Shown: positions 10,316 to 20,165, counted from the first letter of the stretch. The stretch is DNA of 64,000 bases from an uncultured Alphaproteobacteria bacterium (GCA_944389185.1 CALXLL010000002.1:96359-160358), one strand, 5' to 3'. A program made the numbers and translations. Notes: a model not told the origin generated them from the letters alone.

Positions 10316-11071
10316 ATGTTAGATTTAACAAGTCTTGATTATATATATGTGGGCGTCTTGGTGGCGTCCACAATATGGGCTACGGTTCGCGGTGGTATAT
10401 ATGAAACTGTGGCTACTTTATCTTGGGTGATTGCGGCTTTCGCTGCCAGATTTGCATCACCGGTATTGGATAAGTTTTTACAATCTTGGTTTGAATTATC
10501 AGAATCTACTGTTGGGACTTTGGTTGCATCTTACTTTATCGTATTTTTCGTGATTTTGATATTGGTTGGTTTCTTTAATCAAAAGTTGCGTGAAGCAATA
10601 CAGAATAGTATTTTAAAAGTGACAGATAGAACCTTGGGAATTATATTTGGCATAATACGTGGTATTGTCGTAATGGGGTTGTTTTATTTATGCGCTTTAT
10701 GGTATTATTCCGACGTTCCTAATTTACCAAGATGGATATCTGAATCAAGAACACGACCGATTATGCAGTTAACTGCACTTAAACTGGACGAATGGTTTAT
10801 CCCAGGTGAAGAAAGTAAATTATTAAAGCGCGATATGACAGGAACGAAAGAAGCGATAGAGATTTATAATAATCTTATAAATCCAGCCGTTGCAGATAAG
10901 AAAAAATCTGATAATAAAAAATCTGAAGATATTTCTGACGATACAACAAGTCAGGAAACAGGGTATAAGTCTTCAGAAAGAACGGCATTGGAAAATCAAT
11001 TGTTGCAAATAGAAACTGCCGCGAAAGCACAAGAGCAAAGAGAATCTTTGATGCAAGAAGAACAAGAATAA
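10316..11071 (+). CDS. cvpA: CvpA-family membrane protein
   Basis: Four TM segments with a CvpA-like pattern (LGIIFGIIRGIVVMG) and a charged C-terminal tail. Confidence 0.65.
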   Translation: MLDLTSLDYIYVGVLVASTIWATVRGGIYETVATLSWVIAAFAARFASPVLDKFLQSWFELSESTVGTLVASYFIVFFVILILVGFFNQKLREAIQNSILKVTDRTLGIIFGIIRGIVVMGLFYLCALWYYSDVPNLPRWISESRTRPIMQLTALKLDEWFIPGEESKLLKRDMTGTKEAIEIYNNLINPAVADKKKSDNKKSEDISDDTTSQETGYKSSERTALENQLLQIETAAKAQEQRESLMQEEQE

Positions 11072-11097
11072 AAACTGCAAAATTGCAGTTTTTTTTG
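11072..11097 (+). terminator. Rho-independent terminator after cvpA
   Basis: Hairpin CTGCAA-aa-TTGCAG followed by T8. Confidence 0.8.
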
Positions 11098-11167
11098 TGC
11101 TTTTGTTCTTACTGACTTTTTTTTCGTTTTCTATGACAATTAGATTGTAGAAATAAAGGTAAAGGAA

Positions 11168-11917
11168 ATGAAAAAAAATATTTTTATACTTGGGGCATTT
11201 TTATTAATCCCATTAAGTTCTTTTGCGGATAGTGCCGTAAAAGGTGTTAACCCAGCAGATAACGTTACTAAGTTGGAATTACTTCCAAGCTTAAACGTTA
11301 TAGATGCGCCTGGCAGACCGTCTGTTACGACGCTTGGTTTAAAATATGATAAAGAGTTATATAAAGCCTTTGGTCTTAATTTTGAGCTGCCGTTAAGTCA
11401 TTTTTCTGGTTACGGTGTTTCAGATACAGGTATCGGTGATTTACGTGTTCGTGGTCGTGGTCAATATAGGTTTGGCAGAAACGTTATAATAGGTGCGGCA
11501 GAATTCGTATTACCGACTGCGACTGAAGAAACGCTGGGTTTTAAGCAGTATACTTTTGATCCTGTTCTGGCGTATGTATATGCGTTTAGTGCTAATTTCT
11601 TTACGGCTTTGGTTGGTAAGCAATTTATATCTTTGTATAATTTAAAGCCCGAGCTTTATCAAGATATTAATCATACTCAGATTCGTTTACTTACTGGGTA
11701 TTTATCTTCTAATGGTTGGTGGCTAGCATTGGATCCTCAGTTATGGATAAATAATGAAGACGGTCGCCAAGAATATCTTTTAGAAGGTGAAATAGGAACT
11801 ATGCTTAATCGCAGCACAGGTATATGGACAAGAATAGGTAAAAGGTTGGGTGGAGATTGGCATAGAAATGATTGGACTGTTTTACTTGGTATAAGATTTA
11901 TACCACAAAACCAATAA
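11168..11917 (+). CDS. Outer-membrane transporter-like beta-barrel (MetA-pathway OMP-like)
   Basis: Signal peptide, TGIGDLRVRG motif, and beta-strand periodicity to the C-terminus. Confidence 0.45.
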   Translation: MKKNIFILGAFLLIPLSSFADSAVKGVNPADNVTKLELLPSLNVIDAPGRPSVTTLGLKYDKELYKAFGLNFELPLSHFSGYGVSDTGIGDLRVRGRGQYRFGRNVIIGAAEFVLPTATEETLGFKQYTFDPVLAYVYAFSANFFTALVGKQFISLYNLKPELYQDINHTQIRLLTGYLSSNGWWLALDPQLWINNEDGRQEYLLEGEIGTMLNRSTGIWTRIGKRLGGDWHRNDWTVLLGIRFIPQNQ

Positions 11918-11934
11918 AGCAAAAGGAGTAAAAA

Positions 11935-12408
11935 ATGTTTTTAAAAGCGAAAATATATTTCACGATATTTTCTATTTATGAAATGGTTATGATAATGTTT
12001 TTACATTCTCGCAGCACATGTCAAGACGTTTTCTCTAATTGGTTTTGTGCGGATAGTGTGACTAAGTATTTCTTATTTTGCGTAATAATTCCATTGACGG
12101 TATTTTTAATAATAATGTGGATAGAGCAAATAAGGAAAGCGATTAAGCACAGGCACTCGATTTTATATCAAGCGAAAGAGCGTTTTACAGAAGCTGCCGG
12201 CAGTTTTAAAGATGCGGTTAAGTCTGAAATGAATAATCAGGATTTAGAGGCGTATTTAATGGGACTTGCCGTATCGGGTATCAGAAGTTATATGGATAAG
12301 TATCCTGAAAGACGTGAAGGCATAGAAAGGTTTATAAAAGCAATGATGGGTATGCCTGAAGTATATGAAGTAAACACTTCCAGAAAAACAAAACGTAAAA
12401 AGAAATAA
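11935..12408 (+). CDS. Hypothetical membrane protein
   Basis: The ORF has two hydrophobic segments and a basic tail, and is followed by a terminator. The exact start is uncertain. Confidence 0.4.
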   Translation: MFLKAKIYFTIFSIYEMVMIMFLHSRSTCQDVFSNWFCADSVTKYFLFCVIIPLTVFLIIMWIEQIRKAIKHRHSILYQAKERFTEAAGSFKDAVKSEMNNQDLEAYLMGLAVSGIRSYMDKYPERREGIERFIKAMMGMPEVYEVNTSRKTKRKKK

Positions 12409-12437
12409 AAAAAGACAGCCTTTTGGCTGTTTTTTTT
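12409..12437. terminator. Bidirectional terminator
   Basis: Hairpin ACAGCC-tttt-GGCTGT flanked by an A run upstream and a T run downstream. It sits between a plus-strand CDS and the minus-strand tRNA-Thr. Confidence 0.8.
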
Positions 12438-12438
12438 C

Positions 12439-12514
12439 TGGTGCCGGTTGTCGGACTTGAACCAACGACCCTCTGATTACAAATCAGATGCTCTACCAGC
12501 TGAGCTAAACCGGC
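12439..12514 (-). tRNA. tRNA-Thr (anticodon UGU)
   Basis: The reverse complement GCCGGTTTAGCTCAGCTGGTAGAGCATCTGATTTGTAATCAGAGGGTCGTTGGTTCAAGTCCGACAACCGGCACCA folds as a cloverleaf. Anticodon loop is TTTGTAA and CCA is encoded. Confidence 0.95.
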
Positions 12515-12523
12515 ATGTTGATT

Positions 12524-12552
12524 ACTATACATTGTTCTTTTGCTTTTTTCAA
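12524..12552 (-). promoter_or_regulatory. Sigma70-type promoter for tRNA-Thr
   Basis: Minus strand reads TTGAAA-N17-TATAGT, about 10 nt upstream of the mature tRNA 5' end. Confidence 0.55.
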
Positions 12553-12632
12553 GTATAAATTATCATAAATTGCTTGATTTTATTAAATAAGTATTAAAAA
12601 TATACCTTGTATATAAAAGTTGAGTATAAATT

Positions 12633-13880
12633 ATGATAAAATTACCTGAATTATTGGCTCCGGCTGGAACATTGGACGCTTTTAAAACCGCTATTCTTTA
12701 TGGCGCAGACGCTATATATGCTGGATTACCAGGGTTTTCCATGCGGGCAAGAGCTAAAATTACCACAGATGAAGTTAAACAAGGAATAGAACTTGCACAT
12801 GCGGCCGGTAAAAAAGTTTATTTAGCTTTTAACTTATTCGCACATGATAGAGACTATGCTAATATGCCACGCGTTAGTGAAACTATTGATTACTTAAAAC
12901 CAGATGCTTTGATTATTGCTGATGCCGGTGTTTTGACTTGGGTGAAAGAACATCATCCTGATATACCGATACATATGTCTACTCAGGCTAATATATGTTC
13001 GGCGCGAACGGTTAAGTTCTGGCAGAATGCCGGGGCCAAGCTGTGTGTGCTGGCTCGTGAAGTATCGCATCCAGAATTCATAAATATTCGTAAAGAATGC
13101 CCAGACGTTGGGCTGGAAATATTCGTGCATGGTGCGATGTGCATGAGTTATTCTGGGCGTTGTTTGCTTTCTAATTTTATAACTGGCAGACCTGCGAATA
13201 GGGGTGCTTGTGCCCAGCTTTGTCGCTGGAAGTATGATGTTATTTTGCGTGAATGTGAAACGGGAATTGAAATGCCTTTGGAAGAAGATGGGCGCGGTGC
13301 TTATATAATGAATTCCAAAGATCTTTGTTTGATGCCAAGATTGAAAGAAGTTATAGAAGCTAAACCAGATTCTTTGAAAATAGAAGGTCGTAATCGTAGT
13401 GAATATTATGTCGGTTCCGTTGTTCGCGCATACAGAAACGCTTTGGATGCATACGCAGAAAATCCCGATAAGTTTAATCCTGATGATTTTATGAAAGATT
13501 TAGATTTGCTTGAAACGCGCGGTTATACAACAGCTTTCTTTGACGGCGTCTTAGGACCAGAAGCACATAATTATGAAACTACAAGAAGCTCGTCAGATTA
13601 TCATGCGGCCGGTGTAATAACGTCCGTTGATTCTGATAACATAATTCTGGAATTACGAAATGAAATAAAGCAGGGTGATGACATAACTTTTCTGTTACCG
13701 AAAACGACAGAAATGTTAAGTATAAATCTGCCGAAGATAATAAATGCTAAAAGCGGGGAAGAACTGCCTAAAATGTCTGCCGGGCAACATAATAGTATAA
13801 TTATACCTTTTGATTGGGTTAAAGCAGATGGGTTGAAAGATAAGTTTGTTCCATACGTTTTAGCTTACAAGCATAAATAA
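12633..13880 (+). CDS. Peptidase U32 family protein
   Basis: ELLAPAG...GADAIYAG N-terminus, IHMSTQAN, and the U32 signature EIFVHGAMCMSYSGRC. Confidence 0.85.
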   Translation: MIKLPELLAPAGTLDAFKTAILYGADAIYAGLPGFSMRARAKITTDEVKQGIELAHAAGKKVYLAFNLFAHDRDYANMPRVSETIDYLKPDALIIADAGVLTWVKEHHPDIPIHMSTQANICSARTVKFWQNAGAKLCVLAREVSHPEFINIRKECPDVGLEIFVHGAMCMSYSGRCLLSNFITGRPANRGACAQLCRWKYDVILRECETGIEMPLEEDGRGAYIMNSKDLCLMPRLKEVIEAKPDSLKIEGRNRSEYYVGSVVRAYRNALDAYAENPDKFNPDDFMKDLDLLETRGYTTAFFDGVLGPEAHNYETTRSSSDYHAAGVITSVDSDNIILELRNEIKQGDDITFLLPKTTEMLSINLPKIINAKSGEELPKMSAGQHNSIIIPFDWVKADGLKDKFVPYVLAYKHK

Positions 13881-13905
13881 AAAACCGCCACAAAGGCGGT
13901 TTTTT
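13881..13905. terminator. Bidirectional terminator between convergent genes
   Basis: Hairpin ACCGCC-acaaa-GGCGGT with flanking A and T runs. Confidence 0.8.
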
Positions 13906-15568
13906 ATTCGTTCATATTTGGTATTATAACAGCATCGTTATAAAAACCAAGGAAGTGAGTTCCTGTTACGCAATAGAACTTTTGTAGTGAATCTTTATAT
14001 TCACGAACGGCAGAAACCCAACGTTCTTGAATTTCTGACTGTGCGCCTTGATAAGCCACAAAAGCACCCATCGCGCCACCTGTCCCAGCTCCAATCAAAG
14101 TTCCTTTTAAACGTGCTTGATTATTTAAGTCAATAATGCCACCGTCTTCGGCATCTATGGTTGAAGGATAAAAGTTGTTAAAAGAATATTCGCCTTCTAA
14201 TGGGTAAGCAGTGCCGTTGTTATTTCCGTATAATACGCCATTTGTATTACTGCTGTGGCTTTTAAGCCAATTTGCCCAATCGTCATTTGTAAAACCAAAA
14301 GCTTTATCTTGAACGCCCACAATCACTGCTGGGATAGTTTGTGAAGGTTTTTCTGCGTATGTAATTTTTGCGTATCTTGCACTATCTGCTTGTTGACCTT
14401 CCTGCATAGTTTTTGTGCCGTCTGATTCTGTAATTAAAGAAAAAGATTTTGTATTTGCAAACGTTGTATCTTCTATATATCTAACGTCTTCATCATACCC
14501 GTCAATTTTTACTGAAATTAAACGTTGATACGTGCAATTTTTCTGATCTTTATCACAAACTATTGTTTCGTTTCTGTCTGTTAAGTTAAAGAAAGCAGTT
14601 TTAGAATTATCATCGCCACTTAAATCTAACTTGCTACCTGTTTGTAGGACACCCCATAAGCAGCTTTGTGTTACATCACCAACAGTGCAGTCAGCGATTT
14701 TATAAACAGAGTTATTACCAACTGAAGCCATTATATTTCCGATTGCACCGCCCGCTGCCGCATTAACGCCTGTTGATAAAATTATATCACCGCCAACTTT
14801 ACCGGCATAAGTATTGCCTGCCATCAAAGCCGCACCAGATAAAGCACCGATTGCGGTATTTTGTAGTTTCCCTTTATCTGTCCCAAAGGCACTATCGTTA
14901 CCGACATCGTTTTCGCCTGAAAAGTTACCGGCAAGACCGCCAAGAATAGCACCGGCTGCTATTTTTATACCTGCGTTTTGCTTTTGTTCTTCATTCATTA
15001 CTTTTATTACGTCGTCTGTCGTAGGTTCTTGGTCGGCAGGGAATACCACTTGACCAGCTTGTGGCATATATGTGGCTTCTGGAAAATTGGAAATATTACA
15101 AATAAAGGTATCGCCTGCTGCTAAGTTTGCTCGGGCTAATACTAAATCAGAACCGTTTTCGCCCATTTGATAACCACGAAGCTCTACTATTGCTGTGCAG
15201 GTGTTTGCCCCGCCAGCACCGTTTCCAATGGTTGGTTTGCTCCACGAAAACTCACCGTCAGGGTATATCATAGAGCAGGCGTTAAGTTTTGCCAAATCTG
15301 TGTCGGCGTCTTCGTTACCAGAAGTTATTTGATTAGCTAAGTCTGCATCGTCTACTTGGATCGGTAAAGCGACTTCTGCAGGTTGCGCCACAGAAGCTGT
15401 ATTGATATAGTTAGCTTGGGCTCGTTGAGCGTTAACTTGATTATAAGCATCCGCATAACTTCTGGATAAATTACCAACTCGGATTCCGGCATCGGCAGGA
15501 TTTGCAATCAAAGCGCCTAAAAGCGCAAAATATAATGATTTATTTATAAAAGAACCCGATTTTTTCAT
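13904..15568 (-). CDS. Secreted protein with repeated glycine-zipper segments, unknown function
   Basis: Signal peptide, then four Gly/Ala-zipper stretches (AGAILGGLAGNFSG, IGALSGAALMAGN, AAAGGAIGNIMAS, LIGAGTGGAMGAFVAY). Last gene of a minus-strand run of envelope genes. Confidence 0.5.
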   Translation of the reverse strand: MKKSGSFINKSLYFALLGALIANPADAGIRVGNLSRSYADAYNQVNAQRAQANYINTASVAQPAEVALPIQVDDADLANQITSGNEDADTDLAKLNACSMIYPDGEFSWSKPTIGNGAGGANTCTAIVELRGYQMGENGSDLVLARANLAAGDTFICNISNFPEATYMPQAGQVVFPADQEPTTDDVIKVMNEEQKQNAGIKIAAGAILGGLAGNFSGENDVGNDSAFGTDKGKLQNTAIGALSGAALMAGNTYAGKVGGDIILSTGVNAAAGGAIGNIMASVGNNSVYKIADCTVGDVTQSCLWGVLQTGSKLDLSGDDNSKTAFFNLTDRNETIVCDKDQKNCTYQRLISVKIDGYDEDVRYIEDTTFANTKSFSLITESDGTKTMQEGQQADSARYAKITYAEKPSQTIPAVIVGVQDKAFGFTNDDWANWLKSHSSNTNGVLYGNNNGTAYPLEGEYSFNNFYPSTIDAEDGGIIDLNNQARLKGTLIGAGTGGAMGAFVAYQGAQSEIQERWVSAVREYKDSLQKFYCVTGTHFLGFYNDAVIIPNMNE

Positions 15569-15633
15569 TTTTACTTATCCCGTGTGCTATCAAAGAATTA
15601 TGCCGAATAAGTTAAAAGATACTAACACAATTC

Positions 15634-16755
15634 TTAGAACTGTAATCTTAATCTGACGCCTAAATCAACGGTATTCAGCTTACCGCTTTCATACCAGTTT
15701 GTGTAATGGAAAACGGAATCGTAAGGTGCTTGATATTCACCGCCGGCCCCGTCACCCAACCATTCGGTCTGAGAAACAATGATACTTCCTGAAGTTTTTA
15801 CTTTACCAAGGTTTGAATACCTTACATAGAAATCCATTTTTAATCCACCGTCAAGTTCGGTCGAAACGCCGCCTTCTAACATAAAGCTTAATTGTTCCGT
15901 TGTGCCACCATTATGATAAGCGTAAACGTCCGAAATACCCGTTAAATCACCGGCACCCGCAACGCTTGGATCCTTTTCAGAATAGAAAGTGCTGTCGTAT
16001 ACCACATAATCGGCGATAGTATTTAAAGATATACCAAGCCCAACGCCGATATAAGGACGTAACATACCGCCGGCTATATAACCCGTATAAGAGTCAATGT
16101 TATAATATAAGTTTAACATAGTAGAATTAGACGTGATTGCACCGCCTTCTACCTGTGCAGTAACGTAACCACCGATACCGTCAGCAGATTGAATGCTTGG
16201 TGCATAGCTCATTCCGCCGTATCTTAAATAAGAGAAGTCAACTCTTAAATCATTATTCAAAGATGCACCGATGGACAATTGTAAAGGTATTACATTTTCC
16301 GTATTATATGGCGCTTCCTGGAAAGCCCCCGGAACAAACTCTGCATTCTTTTCGTTTTGATAATCTGCATACATACCGCCCATAACACTAGCCGAATACC
16401 CAACAGACATACCAACGTATAGCCCGCTGTCTGCCAACCTATCGTAATCAGAAGGCAGATAATATTGCCGCCCTGCGTTTGTAACATTAGAACCCACTTG
16501 AGGCAAGGCACCGGTTACGCGCATTGGGCTGGCCGCATTTCTAACAGTAGTAGAAGATATAATCTGGGAATTACTTGAAGGCATATAAACCATTTGACCC
16601 TGACCATTTACTGTCTGGGGCATCATAACTTGACCTTGGTTTGAATAAGCAGACTGTCCTTGATAACCAGTATATACAGGATAAACAGCACCTGCACCAA
16701 CAGGTAAGCTTAATAAAACACCCGTTAAAACGGCAGAAATGCTGATTTTTTTCAT
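15634..16755 (-). CDS. Outer-membrane beta-barrel protein
   Basis: Signal peptide, Q/G/Y-rich linker, strand periodicity, and C-terminal ...GVRLRLQF. Confidence 0.6.
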   Translation of the reverse strand: MKKISISAVLTGVLLSLPVGAGAVYPVYTGYQGQSAYSNQGQVMMPQTVNGQGQMVYMPSSNSQIISSTTVRNAASPMRVTGALPQVGSNVTNAGRQYYLPSDYDRLADSGLYVGMSVGYSASVMGGMYADYQNEKNAEFVPGAFQEAPYNTENVIPLQLSIGASLNNDLRVDFSYLRYGGMSYAPSIQSADGIGGYVTAQVEGGAITSNSTMLNLYYNIDSYTGYIAGGMLRPYIGVGLGISLNTIADYVVYDSTFYSEKDPSVAGAGDLTGISDVYAYHNGGTTEQLSFMLEGGVSTELDGGLKMDFYVRYSNLGKVKTSGSIIVSQTEWLGDGAGGEYQAPYDSVFHYTNWYESGKLNTVDLGVRLRLQF

Positions 16756-16890
16756 TCTCTTTCCATAATCCTTTGGCTTTATTATATCATAAAAAAAGGT
16801 CAGAAAAAAGCATTAAGTAAAAATATTAAGCATAAAAAATCCCATCGTGCAGATGGGATTAGTTGTCCAATATATATTATTTTTTTGCTT

Positions 16891-17898
16891 TTAAAAAGCT
16901 AAGTTCAAGCGAACGCCGACCTCTGCTTTGACGTCAGAACCGTTCTGAGAGTTGTCATGAGCAGTGTCAAAAGTGTATTCGCCATACAAAGCAACCTGCG
17001 TTGTATCTGTTAATTGATTTGCAACAGATAATGATACGATGTATTCGTCAAAACCATCGTTCATATCAGATAAACCGGCTATTAAGGCATTTAAGTTATT
17101 AGTTACCGGAGCTGGTATGGTGCTTGGTAAACCAGTAGCCAAACTTTTTACACCGTTATCAGCATGGTGGTTATATTTAACCCCGCCACCAAAAGACCAT
17201 CTGTCATCAATTTGGTAGAAAGCGTTAATACCAGCATTAATTTCTGTGGTAGATTTTAAGTTAACAGATATTTCGTCTGGCATACCGTATACACTTAAAC
17301 CCATCCTTGAAATATCTATCACATTATTAGAACTTCCAAAAGTTTTCAAAACTTCAACGAAAGCGCTTGTAGTTAATTTCGACCATGTTTTACCAAATCT
17401 TACCCCTGCGTCAAAACCCCAACGACCATTAGAATAGTTATCATATTGGAAATAACCAACTGTTGGTGTTACAGGTATATATGCACCGCGCATTTTGTTA
17501 ATACCGCCAAGGTGAGCATCGGCATATAAATCTAATACGATATTGTCCGATGTTTCAATTGCACGATAAATCAAACCAGCACGACCATGATTTAAGCCTT
17601 TACGGTTGATGTCATCTGCTTGAGTATATGCAAAAGCACCACGGATAGCCAATCTATCTGTGATACCATACCCTAAATCTTCACTTACGCGCCAAATAGG
17701 GAACTCTGTTGCCCCGGCGTGATTTTTGATTTGATTTGCGGCCGTGTCATCAGTTACTTTATACATAACACCAGCACCTGTCTTGGAATAAAATTCACCT
17801 GCTGTCGGTAAATACAACGGGTTTTCCAAGTTAGCAGCCATTGCAGGAACTGTTAAAACAGAAGCAGCAACTGCCATTTTAAAAGTTTTTTTCATCAT
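16891..17898 (-). CDS. Outer-membrane beta-barrel protein (porin-like)
   Basis: Signal peptide ...LTVPAMA, strand periodicity, and C-terminal ...VGVRLNLAF. Confidence 0.6.
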   Translation of the reverse strand: MMKKTFKMAVAASVLTVPAMAANLENPLYLPTAGEFYSKTGAGVMYKVTDDTAANQIKNHAGATEFPIWRVSEDLGYGITDRLAIRGAFAYTQADDINRKGLNHGRAGLIYRAIETSDNIVLDLYADAHLGGINKMRGAYIPVTPTVGYFQYDNYSNGRWGFDAGVRFGKTWSKLTTSAFVEVLKTFGSSNNVIDISRMGLSVYGMPDEISVNLKSTTEINAGINAFYQIDDRWSFGGGVKYNHHADNGVKSLATGLPSTIPAPVTNNLNALIAGLSDMNDGFDEYIVSLSVANQLTDTTQVALYGEYTFDTAHDNSQNGSDVKAEVGVRLNLAF

Positions 17899-18132
17899 TT
17901 ACTCCTTGTTTTAGATGAAACACGCAACCCCCATTATTGGCAAGATTGCGGGTTATACCCATACCACCCATTATTGGCAATAGTATGTTTTTATGATATA
18001 ACCGAGCCAATTCTGAACTATTTTAGGAAAAATGTCAAAAAAATCTTTATAAGTTGACTAACCTATTGAAAAGTATAACAACAGACTTATATATAAGTGT
18101 TGGGTGGTATTTTTTAACAAAAGGAGTCCGAC

Positions 18133-18657
18133 ATGAACTCTAAATTAGAATCTTATAGAATTATGATGATGGGGCAGAAAAACGCCAAAACAGAGCTTAC
18201 GCAAAAAGAAAAAGAGCAAATAACGAAAGCTTACAGCGATTTAGTTTTGGGTATTATCAGCACTAAATGGGCTCAAAAAGGTAAGACGCTTGGACAGGCT
18301 TGGTATGACTCGTTAAACGAAATGGAAGCTTTTGTGAAAAATAAAGAGGCTTCTAACTCTGCTAATCTTTACTTAAAGCAGTTGTTTTCTTCTCATAAAG
18401 TAAAGTGGCAACAGCTTATGATGACGGATAAAAATAAAGACGAGATTCTTGACTGTTCAACAGAAGAATTGGCTATCCTAAGTAAGTATGGTCAGCAAGA
18501 ACTAGCTAAGAATAAAGCCTTATTAAACGGTATTATATCAAAGCATGCAGAAGCAGAATCCGGTGATAAAAAGAAGGTTTTTGAAAAGTCCAAAGAACAA
18601 TTGATTAAAATGTATATGATGCAAGTGATTCAAAATCAAAGACAAAGAACAAAATAA
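18133..18657 (+). CDS. Hypothetical protein
   Basis: ORF with an AGGAG SD upstream and a terminator downstream. No motif recognised. Confidence 0.45.
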   Translation: MNSKLESYRIMMMGQKNAKTELTQKEKEQITKAYSDLVLGIISTKWAQKGKTLGQAWYDSLNEMEAFVKNKEASNSANLYLKQLFSSHKVKWQQLMMTDKNKDEILDCSTEELAILSKYGQQELAKNKALLNGIISKHAEAESGDKKKVFEKSKEQLIKMYMMQVIQNQRQRTK

Positions 18658-18682
18658 AAAGCTCCAATTCGGAGCTTTTTTA
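18656..18682. terminator. Bidirectional terminator
   Basis: Hairpin AGCTCC-aatt(c)-GGAGCT flanked by A and T runs, between convergent genes. Confidence 0.8.
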
Positions 18683-20044
18683 TTAACCGTTAATTATTTC
18701 CAGCACGCGACTTGGAACGTCTGATATTTTTACTCTTTCTTGTTCCATAGTGTCGCGATGACGCAAAGTTACGGTTTGGTCTTCTAATGTTTGGTGGTCT
18801 ACCGTTATGCAAACAGGTGTTCCGATTTCATCGTGTCTGCGATAGTTTTTCCCGATATTTCCAGAGTTTTCAAGCTCTATACGACCGATATGCAATTTGC
18901 GCAAAGAGTCTTCAATTCCATTAGCAATATCTAAAAGTTCTGGCACATTTCTTGCCAAAGGTATAACCGCCGCTTTTACAGGCGCCAACCAAGGTTTTAA
19001 CTTTAACACAGTTCTTGTTTTTCCGTCACCAAGGTCTTCTTCTTCGTAAGCTTCCAGCATAACGGCCAACATAGCGCGATTTACACCCATAGCCGTTTCT
19101 ATTACATATGGTATAAAGTTTTCACCGGTCTGAGGATCGCTGTAAGACAATTTAGTTGTGCTGTCTTTATTTTCTAATACTTTGGCTTGTATCTTGAATT
19201 CGTTCTGAGATTTTGTATGAGAACCTAAATCAAAATCTTGACGATTATGAATACCTTCTACTTCGTCAAAACCGTCAGGGAAAGCATATTCAATATCACC
19301 GGCTGACTTTGCATAATGAGCTAATTTTTCATGCGGAGTAAAGCGCAACTTTTCAGCAGGAATCCCCAAAACGTTAATCCACCAAGCCGTTCTGATTTCC
19401 TTCCACATTTCAAAATACTTTTCATCTTCACCAGGTCTTACGAAATACTGCATTTCTGCTTGTTCAAATTCACGCATACGAAATACAAAACCGCGTGGTG
19501 ATATTTCGTTTCTAAAAGCTTTACCTATTTGAGCAATTCCAAAAGGAAGCTTATGTGGTTTAGCATCCAAAACGTTTTTGAAATTAACGTAAGTAGTAGT
19601 GGCGGTTTCAGGACGCAAATAAGCGTTTATTTCACCGTTTGCCGTTGCACCAATAGATAACCCCATCATTAATTGATAAGCGCGTGGTTCGGTTAAGTCA
19701 GTGCTGCCACAGTTGTCACACTTTGACGGATCTTTCATTTTGTCTTGACGCATTCTGGCGCCGCATTTTTTGCATTCCACCAGCGGGTCTGAAAAGCTGC
19801 CTTCGTGACCTGAATATTTCCACATCAAGCGATTGCTTATCAAAGCTGCATCCAGACCTTCTATATCATCACGAGAATAAATCATGGCATTCCACCAAGC
19901 GTTTTTTATATTCTTCATTAATTCGACGCCATAGGGGCCGTAATCGTAAGCTCCACCAAGCCCACCATAGATTTCAGAACCCGTAAAAATAAATCCGCGT
20001 CTTTTACAAAGAGCTACTATATCATTAACTGTTTTTGCTGGCAT
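18683..20044 (-). CDS. glyQS: Glycine--tRNA ligase, homodimeric (alpha2, GlyQS) type
   Basis: GSEIYGGLGG, class II motifs (FRNEISPRG, GVNRAMLA-type) and an anticodon-binding C-terminal domain. The start is moved to MPAKTVNDIV (cat 20042-20044). The first 23 codons of the track ORF look like read-through. Confidence 0.9.
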   Translation of the reverse strand: MPAKTVNDIVALCKRRGFIFTGSEIYGGLGGAYDYGPYGVELMKNIKNAWWNAMIYSRDDIEGLDAALISNRLMWKYSGHEGSFSDPLVECKKCGARMRQDKMKDPSKCDNCGSTDLTEPRAYQLMMGLSIGATANGEINAYLRPETATTTYVNFKNVLDAKPHKLPFGIAQIGKAFRNEISPRGFVFRMREFEQAEMQYFVRPGEDEKYFEMWKEIRTAWWINVLGIPAEKLRFTPHEKLAHYAKSAGDIEYAFPDGFDEVEGIHNRQDFDLGSHTKSQNEFKIQAKVLENKDSTTKLSYSDPQTGENFIPYVIETAMGVNRAMLAVMLEAYEEEDLGDGKTRTVLKLKPWLAPVKAAVIPLARNVPELLDIANGIEDSLRKLHIGRIELENSGNIGKNYRRHDEIGTPVCITVDHQTLEDQTVTLRHRDTMEQERVKISDVPSRVLEIING

Positions 20045-20125
20045 TTTGTCACTCCCAAGCTTTCGTATAAGTTTCATAAGACATAATGATATACAGAAAA
20101 ACGATTTTTGCAATAATAAAACTAT

Positions 20126-20152
20126 AAAAAAAGAGGGGCCAAAAGCCCCTTC
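20126..20152 (-). terminator. Terminator after the ferredoxin gene
   Basis: Minus strand reads GAAGGGGC-uuuug-GCCCCUC followed by T7. Confidence 0.8.
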
Positions 20153-20165
20153 GTAATATTTATTT

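Noticed and set aside
17930-17950. A sigma-54 promoter suggested by TGGCAAGATTGC.
   Set aside because: The GG and GC elements are 7 nt apart rather than the required 10.
20045-20113. N-terminal extensions in the ORF track for glyQS. The same applies to 21078..21137, 26970..26993, 31895..31921, 46727..46795, 55083..55118, 57923..57955, 58214..58297, 59490..59519, 60107..60127 and 60854..60886.
   Set aside because: In most cases an internal ATG preceded by a good SD matches the conserved N-terminus or signal peptide. For 58298 the SD is weak, and the start was chosen because the track extension contains a terminator hairpin. The extension of 59490 overlaps a terminator hairpin in the same way.
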